Both the position numbers and the translations under genes were made by a program. DNA of 31,911 nucleotides, taken from a virus. Shown here piece by piece: positions 29,850 to 31,911 of this stretch. The notes below the pieces were generated by a model. It saw only the letters and a program-made list of their open reading frames with translations. It ran no database searches and was not told the DNA's origin. The DNA lies in the IMG/VR virus record IMGVR_UViG_3300045988_123119. The stretch is one strand, 5' to 3'. Positions within the stretch are counted from its first letter, which is position 1; the number at the start of each line of letters is the position of its first letter.

Positions 29850-31911
29850 ATGGCTGATGTGGCGCGCGGTTCAGTGCTGCTTACCCCTAAATTCGATAAC
29901 CTCACCGGGTCGATTACTGAGCAGTTGAACGGCGCTTTTTCAGGTGCTAGCGCAATTGGCTCGAAGGCGGGCGCGCAGACCGGAACGAACTTTAGCAACG
30001 GGCTAAGCGCCAAGGCTGGCGCTGTTGCCGGTATCGTTTCATCGATTACGAAGGGCGCATTTAACGCTATCAGCAATTCGCTTGGCTCAGCGATCAGTCG
30101 CATTGACACTATGGCGAACTTCCCAAAGGTCATGAAGAACCTTGGTTATTCGAGCCAAGAAGCAACGGCGGCTATTAAGAAGATGTCACAAGCCGTTGAT
30201 GGCTTGCCTACATCGCTGCCCGGGCTTTCATCTATGGTGCAGCAGCTTGCGCCATTGTGCGGTTCCCTCGATGAGGCGACGAATATCGGCATCGCCTTCA
30301 ATGATATGTGCTTGGCTTCCGGCGCATCGACCGCAGACGTTTCTCGCGCGATGCAGCAGTACAGTCAAATCTTGAGCAAGGGCAAGCCAGAGCTGCAAGA
30401 CTGGAAGACCTTGCAAGAGGTCATGCCTGGACAGCTAAACCAAGTTGCCAAAGCGCTTCTCGGAGCTACTGCCAATTCTAAAGACCTGTACAACGCCCTA
30501 AAAGACGGCTCAATCACGATGGACGATTTCAACAACGCCGTCATGAAGCTAGACACTGAGGGCGTTGACGGTTTCGCATCGTTCGCGCAGCAGGCAAAAG
30601 ACGCGACGCAGGGCATCGGAACGGCAATCGACAATGTGCAAAACCGCATTGCTAAGGCAGTGTCAAAAATAATTGACGCAATCGGGCAGTCGAACATTTC
30701 GAACCTCATAAACGATTTTTCGAAAAGCTTTGATGTTGCGGCAAATGCGGCTGTTACCGCTATTGATTATCTTAAAGACCATGTAAACACGATCACAACA
30801 ACCCTTAGAGGAATTGCCCCTGCTGCATCGGCTGCGGCTGGTGGAATTATTGCATTAAAGGCCGCTCTTGCGGTTGAAAGCGTAATGGGTAGTTTCCAAA
30901 AGGGGTTACAGGGTGTTAAGCGCGGTATCATGGACGTAAAACTCGCGCTTGCCGTTAGCGGAGGCCTCAACGGGACGTTTTTCAGTTCCCTTGCAGGAAC
31001 TGTGAAAGAATCGGTTTCGTGGCTCAAAGTTGCCACGGTCGCGGTTGGTGCGTTTTTCGGTGGATTCGTTGCGCTTTACAACCTGTCTCCTGGTTTTGCA
31101 TCAGGTTTTAATGCCGTCGGCGATGCTGTGAAAAACGGGCTGTCCGGAGCGTTCTCAAGCGCAGGTGGCGCTATACAGACCCTCGGCGACAGCCTGGGCG
31201 GATTCCTGAAGTCTGCGGCCCCTGCCATCCAGTCGTTTGTATCGGGCGCGGCTACGGCAATATCCGGGTTTGTATCGAAAATCGGCCCCGCTTTGAGTGG
31301 AGCCGTCACCAGTATCGTTTCCCTGTTTACTGAAATCGGTAGCTCGATTGGACCGGTTCTCTCGGGCGCGCTTGGTGCTCTCGTTAGCTTCGGAAGCAGT
31401 TTCGCAAGCGCTTTCGCACCTGCCGTAACACAAGCTCTCAGCACGCTTGTTCCAGCTTTGCAGCAATCCGGGCAAATCATCAGCGAAGCGTTTGCGCAGA
31501 TTGGCCCTGCGCTTAGCCAAGCGGCGGCTACTCTTGGCCCTGTGCTTGGGCAATTAGGCGCGACAATCGCTGTAACCGGTGCTCAAATTGCATCATCGCT
31601 GGCCCCGGCTCTAGCAAGCGTTATGGCTGTAATGCCACAGCTGACATCCGCTTTTACAAGTGTAGTTACTGCCGTATCGTCTCTTTGGGCTGCCCTGGCT
31701 CCGGTTATCGCGCAACTTGTAAGCACTCTTGTGCCTGTCATCGCTCAGGTAGTGGCTTCCATAGCTCCGCTCATTGCCCAGCTTATCGGGCAACTTGCAC
31801 CTGTTTTGGCTCAGATTATTTTAGTCATTGCTCAGGTGGTGGCCGCTGTGGCTCCGATTATTGCCCAGCTTATCGGGCAACTTGCACCTGTTTTGGCTCA
31901 GATTATTTCAG
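29850..31911 (+). CDS. Tail tape measure protein, N-terminal and central part. It runs off the window end and continues at nt 61.
   Basis: The ATG at 29850 follows GGTGA. The N-terminus has ...IDTMANFPKVMKNLGYS...A...M....DGLPT.L, typical of the tape measure N-terminal domain. No in-frame stop occurs before the window end. Confidence 0.85.
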   Translation, partial: MADVARGSVLLTPKFDNLTGSITEQLNGAFSGASAIGSKAGAQTGTNFSNGLSAKAGAVAGIVSSITKGAFNAISNSLGSAISRIDTMANFPKVMKNLGYSSQEATAAIKKMSQAVDGLPTSLPGLSSMVQQLAPLCGSLDEATNIGIAFNDMCLASGASTADVSRAMQQYSQILSKGKPELQDWKTLQEVMPGQLNQVAKALLGATANSKDLYNALKDGSITMDDFNNAVMKLDTEGVDGFASFAQQAKDATQGIGTAIDNVQNRIAKAVSKIIDAIGQSNISNLINDFSKSFDVAANAAVTAIDYLKDHVNTITTTLRGIAPAASAAAGGIIALKAALAVESVMGSFQKGLQGVKRGIMDVKLALAVSGGLNGTFFSSLAGTVKESVSWLKVATVAVGAFFGGFVALYNLSPGFASGFNAVGDAVKNGLSGAFSSAGGAIQTLGDSLGGFLKSAAPAIQSFVSGAATAISGFVSKIGPALSGAVTSIVSLFTEIGSSIGPVLSGALGALVSFGSSFASAFAPAVTQALSTLVPALQQSGQIISEAFAQIGPALSQAAATLGPVLGQLGATIAVTGAQIASSLAPALASVMAVMPQLTSAFTSVVTAVSSLWAALAPVIAQLVSTLVPVIAQVVASIAPLIAQLIGQLAPVLAQIILVIAQVVAAVAPIIAQLIGQLAPVLAQIIS
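31773..31911 (+). repeat. 87-bp (29-aa) tandem repeat inside the tape measure gene. The second copy spans the circular junction.
   Basis: ATTGCCCAGCTTATCGGGCAACTTGCACCTGTTTTGGCTCAGATTATT... starts at 31773 and again at 31860 with very few mismatches. Degenerate copies continue from nt 96. Confidence 0.85.

Noticed and set aside
1-31911. Search for tRNA, rRNA, integrase, toxin-antitoxin pairs or known defence-system genes
   Set aside because: I saw no cloverleaf-like sequences, no recombinase motifs, and no paired small ORFs with recognisable toxin or antitoxin signatures by eye. Their absence cannot be proven without profile searches.

Overview
The window looks like a complete, circularly closed genome of a siphovirus-type dsDNA phage, about 31.85 kb unique. 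Nt 1-60 are identical to nt 31852-31911, and the junction lies inside the tape measure gene. The host is probably a high-G+C Gram-positive bacterium, judging by GGAGG-type ribosome binding sites (RBS), a CHAP endolysin and an r1t-type holin. I cannot name the host from sequence alone.

Almost everything is on the + strand, in these modules:
- Packaging, head and tail (20.4 kb to the window end, continuing at 1-6.0 kb): HNH endonuclease, P27-type TerS, TerL, SPP1-type portal, MuF-like protein, scaffold, HK97-type major capsid, four connector/neck genes, major tail protein, G/GT chaperones with a canonical A_AAA_AAC -1 frameshift, a roughly 1068-aa tape measure, an FN3-rich distal tail protein, a Tal-like protein, a small tail-fibre/receptor-binding protein, and a CBM5/12 protein.
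- Lysis cassette (6.1-7.7 kb).
- Divergent XRE/Cro-like switch plus an Xis-like HTH (7.9-9.1 kb).
- Recombination and replication module (9.6-14.2 kb): Gp157-like, Sak4-like ATPase, DUF669/SSB-like, ERCC4-like nuclease, and a Prim-Pol/SF3 helicase.
- Early accessory block (14.4-19.7 kb): dUTPase, short C5 methyltransferase, Lar anti-restriction protein, several HTH and zinc-ribbon proteins.
- A sigma-region-4-like late regulator (19.7-20.2 kb).

I found no integrase, invertase, partition gene, tRNA or CRISPR array.

Most interesting observations:
1. A candidate Mu G-segment-like invertible cassette would swap the C-terminal tip of the tail fibre (in-frame 25-nt inverted repeats at 4710-4734 and 5338-5362). 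No recombinase is encoded in the genome.
2. A second CBM5/12 repeat is interrupted by in-frame TAG and TAA codons at or near conserved Trp/Tyr positions.
3. An iteron and AT-rich origin-like region lies at the 3' end of the primase-helicase gene.
4. Seven exactly 10-bp-phased T(T/G)CGC repeats lie upstream of the HNH gene, and a repeat-, palindrome- and terminator-rich non-coding region lies just upstream of terS. These are candidate cos/TerS recognition sites or antitermination leader elements.

All functional calls rest on motif recognition by eye. No database search was run.
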